DNA of 64,000 nucleotides from Methanothrix sp. (GTDB taxonomy: Archaea > Halobacteriota > Methanosarcinia > Methanotrichales > Methanotrichaceae). The notes below the pieces were generated by a model. The model made no database searches, was not told the DNA's origin, and saw only the letters and a list, made by a program, of their open reading frames with translations. The stretch lies in assembly GCA_963682135.1 (NCBI GenBank), contig OY821645.1, forward strand, positions 2,304,001-2,368,000. Reading direction: 5' to 3'. Position numbers and translations under genes: made by a program. Below are positions 40,354 through 49,287 of this stretch, piece after piece (position 1 is the first letter of the stretch; every line of letters begins with the position of its first letter).

Positions 40354-40682
40354 ATCTTGATTTCCCGGACCCTTGAATTGATACAGCAGATAGACTGGGA
40401 ATAAATCGGTACGCTTTCCCACGCATGCTGGCGATTAACTGCTTAATTGAGAGTTGGACGCCAAAGTATATAGAACAGGATGTTTCTGCAAGGATACCAG
40501 GCAAAAAAAGAGAGATGCAAATGCCGAACACATGAGATTTGCAGGGTCAAAACAATGGGGTAGGATGCACCGATTCAATCAATTGCAGCTGCTGTTCTAG
40601 CCGGAGAAGGGCCACAAAGTTTATTTGGGATGCAGTAGACTGACTTTTGCCTAATGATTAATTGCACAAAGGAGGTGGGAAC

Positions 40683-40784
40683 ATATCGGATCAATTGATC
40701 GCCGTAGTAGTATTTGGGGTCTTAACATTCGTACTGCCATATGTATTGAATAAATGGTCGGACGGCAGGGCCGGGGTCAGGTAA
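40683..40784 (+). CDS. Putative 33-aa hydrophobic peptide with non-canonical ATA start
   Basis: AAAGGAGGTG SD 5 nt upstream; (M)SDQLIAVVVFGVLTFVLPYVLNKWSDGRAGVR. Confidence 0.45.
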   Translation: MSDQLIAVVVFGVLTFVLPYVLNKWSDGRAGVR

Positions 40785-40798
40785 ATTCTGCTAATTCT

Positions 40799-40826
40799 AC
40801 GATCCTGGCTTTCGAGCTAGGGTCGT
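40799..40826 (+). terminator. 12-bp stem-loop with UUCG tetraloop
   Basis: ACGATCCTGGCT-TTCG-AGCTAGGGTCGT; two G:U pairs imply a plus-strand RNA. Confidence 0.6.
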
Positions 40827-40948
40827 TGTTATCATCATTTATTATTCAATGGATGCTGCAATAACAAAAGCCTAATCGTTTTTGTCTAAGCGAAGATAAT
40901 TATAAAAAAATTGCATGAGATTATCTTATCGTCGATTCTCCATCCGAG

Positions 40949-41128
40949 CTACATGAATTGAGCAATAACTACCAAGACCAAAAAGAGCCCGGTCAACACA
41001 GCAACAATATTCGTGGTATCCGGCGTTTTGATGCCGCATTTCTTGGGATTTTTTGGCTTATTGTTATAGATTAATTCTGTTCCTCGCCCATATTGTATCA
41101 TTTGATCTGTTATTCCTGTCACGGACAT
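40949..41128 (-). CDS. Small tail-anchored membrane protein (paralog B)
   Basis: SD GAGGTGA before ATG 41128; MSVTGITDQMIQY...KPK...C-terminal TM helix. Confidence 0.6.
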   Translation of the reverse strand: MSVTGITDQMIQYGRGTELIYNNKPKNPKKCGIKTPDTTNIVAVLTGLFLVLVVIAQFM

Positions 41129-41373
41129 CTGCTTCACCTCAATCCTATTCTATTCCAAAATAGCTTTTCACCTATTTTACCTTTATGGCTGTATAACGAA
41201 TGTGTGATATATCTTAAGAAGGGAAAAAACCAAAACATAGCGGTTGGAATCGCTAAGGGATACCGCGGATGTCAGTATAATCACTTCGGAGGCATCGTTT
41301 TAAATTCGAATCTTCCATAGTCTTTAATACTGATGAAGGCAACCTAAAAGATAAAAAAAGGCCCGGCGAGCAA

Positions 41374-41823
41374 ATGCCCAGCGTCAAATATACCCGAATT
41401 GAGATAACCCAAGAAGCATATATGGCTTTAGAGGCGGAAGCCATTCTTCAAGGGAAGACCTTGAAGAAACTCGCGTCCGAAATGATACTGAAAGCGGCTT
41501 CCAAGAAAGCACTTAATTTTGTCCAGGAATCTACTGTCTCAATCGAAGCCAACTTAAATTTTAGCAGAGATAAACTATCTAAAGTGATAACCGATATTGG
41601 CTCAACAAAGATGAATATTGATGAAGGGGTCATGGAGAACGTCCAGAAGAGTCTGGTTGATGAAGGATATCAAGGAGCAATGTTATATGTGGCTCAGCAC
41701 ACAGCATCGATACAGCGAGACGAGCTATTTAGGATATTGACAACCTGCCAGCTCAATAGAGTACCTTCGACGATGGCTGTGGATATCATAAAGAGTTTGA
41801 AGAGAATGCAGGATGGCAAATAG
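41374..41823 (+). CDS. Hypothetical protein with N-terminal ribbon-helix-helix-like DNA-binding segment
   Basis: YTRIEITQEAYMALEAEAILQGKTLKKLASEMI. Confidence 0.6.
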   Translation: MPSVKYTRIEITQEAYMALEAEAILQGKTLKKLASEMILKAASKKALNFVQESTVSIEANLNFSRDKLSKVITDIGSTKMNIDEGVMENVQKSLVDEGYQGAMLYVAQHTASIQRDELFRILTTCQLNRVPSTMAVDIIKSLKRMQDGK

Positions 41824-41853
41824 ACATCATCAAGTGAATCTTCGAGACGCTTC

Positions 41854-42108
41854 TCATCTCATCTTGCATTTCTTATTGTAATGCGGGCATTTGGTATTGG
41901 TGCAGACGTTCTCCTTCGCGGCCTCTGTTAGCACAATTTGCATCATGTCAAGACGGTCTATCAACGAAGCGTCTGCAGATGCTGCCTCCGCCTCCGAAAG
42001 GGCTAATGCAACTTTTTCTAGCATATTATGGGCCAGCATTTTTTCTTTTCGAGAAAGCGCAAACTCAGCCTCAAGCTTTGCAAGATCCACTTCACTCAAA
42101 GACTCCAT
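41854..42108 (-). CDS. Hypothetical protein with C-terminal Cys cluster
   Basis: SD AGGAG before ATG 42108; CTNTKCPHYNKKC. Confidence 0.6.
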   Translation of the reverse strand: MESLSEVDLAKLEAEFALSRKEKMLAHNMLEKVALALSEAEAASADASLIDRLDMMQIVLTEAAKENVCTNTKCPHYNKKCKMR

Positions 42109-42134
42109 AGGCACTCCTTCTTCGAAAAACCATT

Positions 42135-43070
42135 TTACATGTCCACTTCCAGTCCCAGAATGCTCCTTGAGCCGCTAAATATGTCTTTCGCGATCCAGGC
42201 GCACCCCTGTGCTGCGGCACATCTTTCCAGGGGCCGAACATCCCGTTCCAGGAGATCGGATACGCGCGGGGTTATCCTTGCGGCTGGGCTTCCTGCCAGA
42301 AATACATCAGGTTCTGATTCGCCCAGGTCGCGACAGAGCACGAGGAGGGCATTAATCTCCATGGCTGCGAACAAAGAGAGCGATTCGAGAGCCAGGCTCT
42401 CCTCCTCCGGCAGACATTCTGCCAGACTTGCTCTCCCCATCTTGGAGAGAATGCCGCCGCAATTGAAGGCCTGATTGGCGGTCATCTTTCCGGAATCGAC
42501 ATCTCTTATGGCATGGACATCCAAGGGACCTTGCATCAGTCCGGGGGCAAAGATAGGCGCATCAATTGCCCCGACGATCTTTCCCTGCAGTACGGCAAAT
42601 GTCACGGTGTTGGAGCTGGCATCGCATACGATGAAGTTCTCACTCATCTCCCTAAAAACGCCATAAGCCAGGCCCACCTTTTCCGGGCTCATGCCGTGGG
42701 AGAAGACTTTCAGACGGGGATCGATATTGCTGGCGCGATGAATGCCGGGCAGAAGAATGGCAGGCCAGCCTGAGACCTTGACTGCCTCAAAGACCCTGGT
42801 GCCGCCGCCCACATGTTGCCCGGCTCCATCCAGCTGAACCAGGCCACGATTGGGTGCGTCCTGCAGCCGCACAATCCTGGTCAAGGCGTCACCCATGGAG
42901 TAGCTGAGGGCCACCAGTTCGACGATGCCTTTGCCCAAATTCTGAGCAATCAGCTCTACAATCTCTTCTGCAGAAAGACGGCCGGCCTCGTGCCTGGCAA
43001 TCTCCCAGCAGCGCCCCTCCGTGGTGGCAAATCTTATAGCGGTGGTTCCATGATCTACTCCTATGAACAT
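42135..43070 (-). CDS. Methanogenesis marker protein 12 (UPF0285)
   Basis: MFIGVDHGTTAIRFA, YSMGD, GGGTRVF, SH..SPEKVG, SSNTV, QGPLD. Confidence 0.88.
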   Translation of the reverse strand: MFIGVDHGTTAIRFATTEGRCWEIARHEAGRLSAEEIVELIAQNLGKGIVELVALSYSMGDALTRIVRLQDAPNRGLVQLDGAGQHVGGGTRVFEAVKVSGWPAILLPGIHRASNIDPRLKVFSHGMSPEKVGLAYGVFREMSENFIVCDASSNTVTFAVLQGKIVGAIDAPIFAPGLMQGPLDVHAIRDVDSGKMTANQAFNCGGILSKMGRASLAECLPEEESLALESLSLFAAMEINALLVLCRDLGESEPDVFLAGSPAARITPRVSDLLERDVRPLERCAAAQGCAWIAKDIFSGSRSILGLEVDM

Positions 43071-43153
43071 CAGATCAGCCCAATGCCAGGATTCCTGGCA
43101 GAGGGAGTATTTTTGCTAGGCCTTGATAAGTGTATCCGGCCCGCGGAGATCAT

Positions 43154-43486
43154 TTATCCGCAAAGATGTAGAATTGCCTTATTCAACAGCACAGTGGTAT
43201 GTATTACCGCATATGATTCCAGAAGCATGACCGCCCCTGTGTACTCTTCGGTCTCGATGCTATCTACCTCTGCAAACTGGGGCTTGCTTGACCTTACATG
43301 TCCTTCAAAGAAAGAAAGGCTCTCATCATCTCCCTCTGCCAGGACTATGACCACAGAATTATTTTCTTGGATGCGGTTGCCGGCATAAAATCCATGCAGG
43401 CCGGCATTTACGGCAACATCAGTAAGCCACGACCGATAGCCCACTCCATGCACTTTGCCGCCCGTAATTTTGATCTTTATCTTCAT
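43154..43486 (-). CDS. Acylphosphatase-like protein
   Basis: KIKITGGKVHGVGYR, V.VLAEGD, P.FAEVDSI; start moved to ATG 43486. Confidence 0.75.
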   Translation of the reverse strand: MKIKIKITGGKVHGVGYRSWLTDVAVNAGLHGFYAGNRIQENNSVVIVLAEGDDESLSFFEGHVRSSKPQFAEVDSIETEEYTGAVMLLESYAVIHTTVLLNKAILHLCG

Positions 43487-43521
43487 ACTGTCAACGCGGT
43501 CTGATTCCGATCTTGCTCGAT

Positions 43522-44415
43522 TCAGGCGGTAGAGATGAGTTCCAGCAATTCTTTCGCCACCTTGCCGCTCTCTCTTCTCGTCCTCATGAGGGTGCTCATT
43601 CGGTGACAATCTCCCTTGTAGCTGCTTTTCTTGTCTACGATGAATAGGTCCACCTTGCCAAGCATTGATCGCACGCCTTCATCATTGGCGGGAACACCCC
43701 TGGCTGTCATAAATTTGGCAGCAGGACCGCTCACCGGCTTATTTCCAATGAACGGACTCATGGCCACTACTTTTTTGTCTCGCAAGCGCTCGCGCACACC
43801 CTGCAAGGCTAAGATAGGGCCGATGCTGGTCACGGGATTGCTGGGACCGATGATAATTGTGTCTTCTTTCTCCAGAAGATCCAGGAAAGCCTGGCAGGGA
43901 AGGGCGGCATCCAGACCCGCAAAAAAGAGATCGCGAACCTCGGGCAATCCCTGGCGGCCCACCCAGAATTCCTGAAAGTGCATCACTCCTTCCGGAGTAG
44001 AAACGACCGTAGAGACAATGTCATCCGTCATAGGAACGACCCGCTGCTCGACTCCTAACGATTCGGCTAACGCCTGAGTGGCATGACTGAGTTTGACCCC
44101 CCGACGAAGCAACTCGGAGCGAAAGATATGGACGGCTCGATCTTTGTCTCCTACCTGCAGCTTCTCTTTGATGCCCATCGCGATGAGAAAGTCATGAGTC
44201 AGAGTCTTATCGCCCTTTATGCCCCACATTTTCTTCAGATCGATTATATCGGCCAGAGTGTAAATTACTGAATCGATATCGGGAGAGATGTAGTTCCCGG
44301 ATATCCAGAGATCCTCCGCCGTGTTTACCACTACAGAGAGCTCCTCCGGACGCAACAGCTCCTTCAGTCCAAGGAGAAGCTTGGGCGTGCCTGTGCCACC
44401 GCTTAAGACCAGCAT
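43522..44415 (-). CDS. cofD: 2-phospho-L-lactate transferase (F420 biosynthesis)
   Basis: LSGGTGTPKLL, SPDIDSV.YTL, GDKDRA, HFQEFWV, GPSNPVTSIGPI. Confidence 0.95.
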   Translation of the reverse strand: MLVLSGGTGTPKLLLGLKELLRPEELSVVVNTAEDLWISGNYISPDIDSVIYTLADIIDLKKMWGIKGDKTLTHDFLIAMGIKEKLQVGDKDRAVHIFRSELLRRGVKLSHATQALAESLGVEQRVVPMTDDIVSTVVSTPEGVMHFQEFWVGRQGLPEVRDLFFAGLDAALPCQAFLDLLEKEDTIIIGPSNPVTSIGPILALQGVRERLRDKKVVAMSPFIGNKPVSGPAAKFMTARGVPANDEGVRSMLGKVDLFIVDKKSSYKGDCHRMSTLMRTRRESGKVAKELLELISTA

Positions 44416-44430
44416 CTTAAGACCAGCATT

Positions 44431-45000
44431 TCAGACGTCCACGATAATCATTCCCGTCTTGAGATGGGCCACATCTTCATCCGGGATGGTTGATTTCACG
44501 GCTTTTTCACAGTCAATTGCGCTGTTTCCCAGGGGGTCTTCGAGAATGAGGGTCAGAGGAAAACTGCCATTTCTGGCGAGATTTATCTTATCCAAGATCT
44601 CTTCGCCTCTTCTGACGCTTTCCTGGCTTTCTGCTTCTCGCGCCGAGCGAGTGGCAAAGCCCACCACGCCCTCAATCCGTTCAAGGACACCTTCCACATT
44701 TGATATGTAAGAATCTGAAGCAAATCCCGGCTCGATGTCCACGCCAAGCTCTGGAATGCGTAGTGTTCCGCTGGATGAACGAATCACTCTTGCATCCAGA
44801 TCCTCAATGCTCGTCACCTGCAAGGTGAAGCGCACCGGCTCCTTCTGCGTTAAGAGAATGGTATCATTGTGTCTGTAGCCGCAGTCACAGACTCCGGCAA
44901 TGACCATGGCCTCTCCGAAATGGGGTATGTCCACCGTCTCCCAGCTAAACTGCATCTCGACTGAGCAAATGGGACAGCTCGCGTTTGTAGTTAGATTCAA
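44431..45000 (-). CDS. ZPR1 zinc-finger protein
   Basis: CPIC, IPHFGE, CGYR, SNVEGVL, EDPLGNS. Confidence 0.92.
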   Translation of the reverse strand: MNLTTNASCPICSVEMQFSWETVDIPHFGEAMVIAGVCDCGYRHNDTILLTQKEPVRFTLQVTSIEDLDARVIRSSSGTLRIPELGVDIEPGFASDSYISNVEGVLERIEGVVGFATRSAREAESQESVRRGEEILDKINLARNGSFPLTLILEDPLGNSAIDCEKAVKSTIPDEDVAHLKTGMIIVDV

Positions 45001-45362
45001 TCTTTGCTCCCGACCACCTTCTCGCGGTCGATCTTTATGCCGCTCGGCACTAAAACTATAAGGTCGTCGCCAATTCCGGCTATGTCTCCAGAGACATCTT
45101 CTATTGCCTTTTTCAGTTCACCAATAGCCCGGTCCAGAGCAGCTTTATCCCGCTTCAGGCCAGCGATATCCACCAAGACAATATTTCCGGCATAAATCTC
45201 CTGTTTGATCTCGGGAAGAACCTCGACCCGTCCCAGCTCAGCTACCCTTAAGATTATCTGCGGAGAGCCGCTACCTTCCTCGAACTGACCCAGATCGACC
45301 TCAGAGTAATCCTGCTCCTTAGACTTCCCTATGAGCTTGAGCTTTTCTAGGAATCCTGCCAT
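44997..45362 (-). CDS. sepF: Cell division protein SepF
   Basis: IYAGNIVLVDI, GDIAGIG...VPSGIKIDR. Confidence 0.88.
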   Translation of the reverse strand: MAGFLEKLKLIGKSKEQDYSEVDLGQFEEGSGSPQIILRVAELGRVEVLPEIKQEIYAGNIVLVDIAGLKRDKAALDRAIGELKKAIEDVSGDIAGIGDDLIVLVPSGIKIDREKVVGSKD

Positions 45363-45413
45363 TTAAAAACCCCGCTAAGGAACTGTGTATTATTATATTT
45401 ATATTTAACGCAG

Positions 45414-45593
45414 TTACATGTCCATAAGTTTCAATCCCACGAAGCCCATGGCCACCATGAAGAGCAGGACTATCAAAGCAAAGCTCGAAGATCTCAGCTC
45501 GGCGGGAAGGACTATTTGTGCCCCTAAAATGAGGGCAATCATCAGAAATACCAGACCTGTACTTAATCCAATCTCAAGCCACTTCTTCTTCAC
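45414..45593 (-). CDS. Small two-TM membrane protein (59 aa, missed by ORF track)
   Basis: GGGGGG SD then GTG; MKKKWLEIGLSTGLVFLMIALILGAQIVLPAELRSSSFALIVLLFMVAMGFVGLKLMDM. Confidence 0.7.
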   Translation of the reverse strand: MKKKWLEIGLSTGLVFLMIALILGAQIVLPAELRSSSFALIVLLFMVAMGFVGLKLMDM

Positions 45594-45613
45594 AAGAGTA
45601 TTGTCCCCCCGCC

Positions 45614-46615
45614 TTAGGAGATATACTTTTTCGCCCGAAGGCCGTCCTCTCCTGCCAGGAAATCTACCTGCGATCGGGTCTTATGGCCATGCCAGCCCAT
45701 GGCAATAAAGCGAGGATAAACTGGCAACCTTTCTCTCAGTCTATAGTCCGATAGACGGTGATGCAGCTCTTCTTCATCCGGCCAGGGACAGTCAGGATTG
45801 ATGCCGTCAACGGTAACCGCGCTAATTCCTCCCAGATCATCGCCTCCCGCTGTGATCAGAGGAAGCGGGTCCACCAGGTTGGGCGGAACTTGAATCGCCA
45901 CCTCTGCCGGAAGTATCTTGCGCGCCATTTCTACTGTTTTGCACAGGTCAATTATCTCTGGCCTGGGCATATTCTGCAGAGCAGTTCCCGGCTTGGGATC
46001 CAGCGGCTGGATGATTACCTCCTGAATATGACCAAAGGCTCTATGCAGATGGGCAATTTTGCTGATTGCTTCTACCCGGTCCTGCATGCTCTCCCCAATG
46101 CCCACCAGTATGCCTGTAGTGAAGGGAATACGAAGTCTTCCCGCCCTGGCTATGTACTGTATCCTTAAATCAGGTCTCTTTCCCGGCGATTTTGCATGCG
46201 CCCCCAGCCGGGCCGTCGTCTCCAGCATCAGTCCCATAGAGGCGTTATACGGCTGCAAGCGCTGCAGATCTTCCGGCTCCAGCAGGCCGGCATTGCTATG
46301 CGGCAGGAGGCCAAATTCAAGGGCCATCTCGCATAGCTCGATTAAGTAGTCCAGCAAATCCGCGATGCCAGACCTTGCCAGAAGGCTCTCAAAGCCCGAG
46401 ACGGTCCAGGGCGCCTCACCCATAGTAAAAAGCGCCTCGCTGCACCCATGAAGAACACCCTGCTCCAGCAGACGCGTCGCCTCGGTTCTGGAGATCAAAT
46501 GGGCGTCTTGGAGATCCTTTCGAAAAGAGCAGTAGCCACAGCGATTCCTGCAGAGGTCCGTTACCGGAAGAAAAATATTTTTGGAGTAGGTAAGCGTCTT
46601 CATCTTTAGAGTCAT
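45614..46615 (-). CDS. cofG: FO synthase subunit CofG
   Basis: [51 protein letters not shown]. Confidence 0.95.
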   Translation of the reverse strand: MTLKMKTLTYSKNIFLPVTDLCRNRCGYCSFRKDLQDAHLISRTEATRLLEQGVLHGCSEALFTMGEAPWTVSGFESLLARSGIADLLDYLIELCEMALEFGLLPHSNAGLLEPEDLQRLQPYNASMGLMLETTARLGAHAKSPGKRPDLRIQYIARAGRLRIPFTTGILVGIGESMQDRVEAISKIAHLHRAFGHIQEVIIQPLDPKPGTALQNMPRPEIIDLCKTVEMARKILPAEVAIQVPPNLVDPLPLITAGGDDLGGISAVTVDGINPDCPWPDEEELHHRLSDYRLRERLPVYPRFIAMGWHGHKTRSQVDFLAGEDGLRAKKYIS

Positions 46616-46618
46616 TAT

Positions 46619-47068
46619 TTAGCGACGAAACTCCACCAGCTTCAAGACATTTCCCAGCGGACAGTCCTCGGGAGCCTCGCCCACTATATCCACAATGGTG
46701 CATCTTTCGCCATCTTTCAGTCCAGATGGATGGCACATATCATACATGCTGCATTCGGAGTCCTCGCATTTCATGGCTTCAAAGACTATCTTAGAACCTG
46801 GAAATGCTTTTCTGGCGTCAAAGGCGGCGATTATCGGACTCTCTGCCACCTCAACTGCCCGCACTCCCGCCTCATGGATAGGGCAATCATGAATCAGCTC
46901 TCCACGGGTCCCCAATATCCTGTAGCGCCTGCTCGGCTCCAGATTGATGCACGTGTTTCTAAGCTTGCAGGTCTCGCATTCCGGTGTGGGGCCCACGAAG
47001 GTGAACTCCAGGCCAATGCTGGCCAGTCTCGTTCCAATCAGTGTAATTTGTGTGGATGCCTCGGACAT
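46619..47068 (-). CDS. UPF0179 family protein
   Basis: ITLIG..LA..G.EF, C..C.L...C.NLE, CPIHE.GV. Confidence 0.88.
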   Translation of the reverse strand: MSEASTQITLIGTRLASIGLEFTFVGPTPECETCKLRNTCINLEPSRRYRILGTRGELIHDCPIHEAGVRAVEVAESPIIAAFDARKAFPGSKIVFEAMKCEDSECSMYDMCHPSGLKDGERCTIVDIVGEAPEDCPLGNVLKLVEFRR

Positions 47069-47101
47069 AGTTCATTCTCCTTTTTCATGATTATTATTAA
47101 A

Positions 47102-48151
47102 TCAAATTATCCCGGTCGCTTCAGCTGCTTTAATTGCAGCCATTTTGTTCAGACCCGAATCCAGTATGGTATAGCGTTCCGGTCGAATCTCGCGGGCACT
47201 TACCAGAGCCAAGATCACGCTATCTGCATCCAAACCAGCTTCTGCGGCAGAGGTGGGGGCGCCGACCAAGGCCAGTGCCCTTTTTATCATCTTCCAGTCC
47301 CCACCATGCAAATACATCATTATAATAGTGCCTAGACCGCAAAGCTCGCCATGTAGAGCTCTTCCCGGTGCAATTTTGTTCATAGCATGAGCGAACTTGT
47401 GCTCCGAGCCGCTTGCTGGGCGCGACGATCCGGCTATACTCATAGCCACTCCACTGGAGATCAGGGCTTTGATTACGATACGGGCCGATTCCTCCAGGCC
47501 CGGCCGAATATCTGCCGCAAGCTCAACGATCATGCGCGCGGTCATACCTGAAAGAGCGGAGGCATATTCGCTGTACTCCTCATTTCTCAGGCGATGAGCC
47601 AATTGCCAGTCTAAGATGGCAGTGTAATTAGAGATAATATCGCCACATCCGGCCGCGAGAAGCCTCGCCGGAGCCAGGGATATTATCTTGCTGTCGGCTA
47701 CAATTGCCAGCGGAGATTGTGCTTTGATGGAAGTGGTCTCTCCATTGATAGTCAAAGATGCCTGGGATGAGCAGATGCCGTCATGCGAAGCGGCCGTGGG
47801 CACAGACAGAAAAGGCACGCAAACCCCCAGCGAAGCGAGCTTGGCAATGTCTATCGATCTACCGCCACCCGCACCGATCAGAAAACCGGCTTTGCTCTCA
47901 CGCGCCAAAAGCTTTGCGCGATCTACCTCTTCCAACTTGGAGGCGCTGCAAACAAGGGTCTCGGACTCATAGCCGCGTTTCTCCAAGAGCTCGGATATGG
48001 CCTTTCCTATCACATCCTGGGTACGCGGGCCCGTGATGATAAGAGCGCGCCCTTGCAGCTGCAACTGGCGACATATGTCGGGCAACTCCTGTATCGCGCC
48101 ACTGCCTACCGCTACGATGCGCGGGAGTTCCATCCACCTAGATCCGACCAT
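47102..48151 (-). CDS. egsA: sn-glycerol-1-phosphate dehydrogenase
   Basis: GGGRSIDIAK, PTAASHDGI, SSRPASGSEHKF.H, HGELCG. Confidence 0.95.
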   Translation of the reverse strand: MVGSRWMELPRIVAVGSGAIQELPDICRQLQLQGRALIITGPRTQDVIGKAISELLEKRGYESETLVCSASKLEEVDRAKLLARESKAGFLIGAGGGRSIDIAKLASLGVCVPFLSVPTAASHDGICSSQASLTINGETTSIKAQSPLAIVADSKIISLAPARLLAAGCGDIISNYTAILDWQLAHRLRNEEYSEYASALSGMTARMIVELAADIRPGLEESARIVIKALISSGVAMSIAGSSRPASGSEHKFAHAMNKIAPGRALHGELCGLGTIIMMYLHGGDWKMIKRALALVGAPTSAAEAGLDADSVILALVSAREIRPERYTILDSGLNKMAAIKAAEATGII

Positions 48152-48214
48152 TGCCTTCTCACCAGCGAAAAACAGGATGAGATGTATGTGGTCTATGGCG
48201 ATATAAAATCATAT

Positions 48215-48973
48215 CTAACAAGTCACAATCTCAGAGCGCAGATCGCACAGTATCCGATCCCTTATGACATTGACGGCAGAGCTGGTTCTGTTGCGGGGGC
48301 GGGTGAGTGGGATCTCGATGATGTCCTTAATTCTTCCCGGCCGGGCGGACATGATCACTATTCGGTCCGCGAGGTAAATTGCCTCGTCAACGCTGTGGGT
48401 GACAAAGACCACTGTCTTTCTCTCCTCTTGCCAGATGCGCAGAAGTTCAGACTGCATGATGTTACGTGTCTGGGCGTCCAGGGCCCCGAAGGGCTCATCC
48501 ATGAGCAGAGCCTTCGGGCGGTTGACCAGAGCGCGAGCGATGGCCACCCTTTGCTTCATGCCCCCGGACAGCTCGTGAGGATAGCGCGTTTCAAACCGTT
48601 CCAAGCCCACCATTTTAAGATACTGCCTGCCCTGAATAAGTCGCTCCGCGACAGGTATGCCTTTCAATTCCAGGCCGAAGACGATGTTATCGATGACCGT
48701 TCTCCAGGGAAATAGTGAGTACTCCTGGAAGACCATGCCCCTCTCCGGACCTGGGCCTTTTATGGGATCGCCATCAAGAGTAACCGTGCCCTCAGTTGCC
48801 TCCTCAAGACCGGCCACTATGCGCAGCAGTGTGGTCTTGCCGCAGCCTGATGGGCCGATGAAGCAGATGAACTCATTGTCCTCTATCTCCAGGTTGATAT
48901 CCTGGAGGGCTACCATCTCTTTTCCGTCCGCAAGAAACTGCTTGGATACTCCCTTGATCTCCAACAGAGCCAT
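48215..48973 (-). CDS. NitT/TauT-family ABC transporter ATP-binding protein
   Basis: [39 protein letters not shown]. Confidence 0.93.
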   Translation of the reverse strand: MALLEIKGVSKQFLADGKEMVALQDINLEIEDNEFICFIGPSGCGKTTLLRIVAGLEEATEGTVTLDGDPIKGPGPERGMVFQEYSLFPWRTVIDNIVFGLELKGIPVAERLIQGRQYLKMVGLERFETRYPHELSGGMKQRVAIARALVNRPKALLMDEPFGALDAQTRNIMQSELLRIWQEERKTVVFVTHSVDEAIYLADRIVIMSARPGRIKDIIEIPLTRPRNRTSSAVNVIRDRILCDLRSEIVTC

Positions 48974-49287
48974 TCAAAGCAGGATATCACGACGGTTAGG
49001 TATAGATCTTTCCATTCGAGAGGATCTTACGACGCGTGTTGTCAATTGTCATATAGTTCATGAAATTTAATAATTCTATTTATAATTGTTTAAGTAGCTA
49101 TAAAAATATATTATGATATGGATAATTAACATCGATCACACCATGCTTACATCCACTCGCGATATTAATATGCTTGGATGAAACTTTCACGCATTTCAAC
49201 CAGATTTTTGACGAGATTATAACCAATCATTAAAAAAATATAAATAGTTGTAACTAATGATAACCTATGATGTGGGGAGCCTTTTGT

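Noticed and set aside
47783-48715. 310-aa plus-strand ORF
   Set aside because: Antisense to egsA and the ABC ATPase; no recognisable motifs
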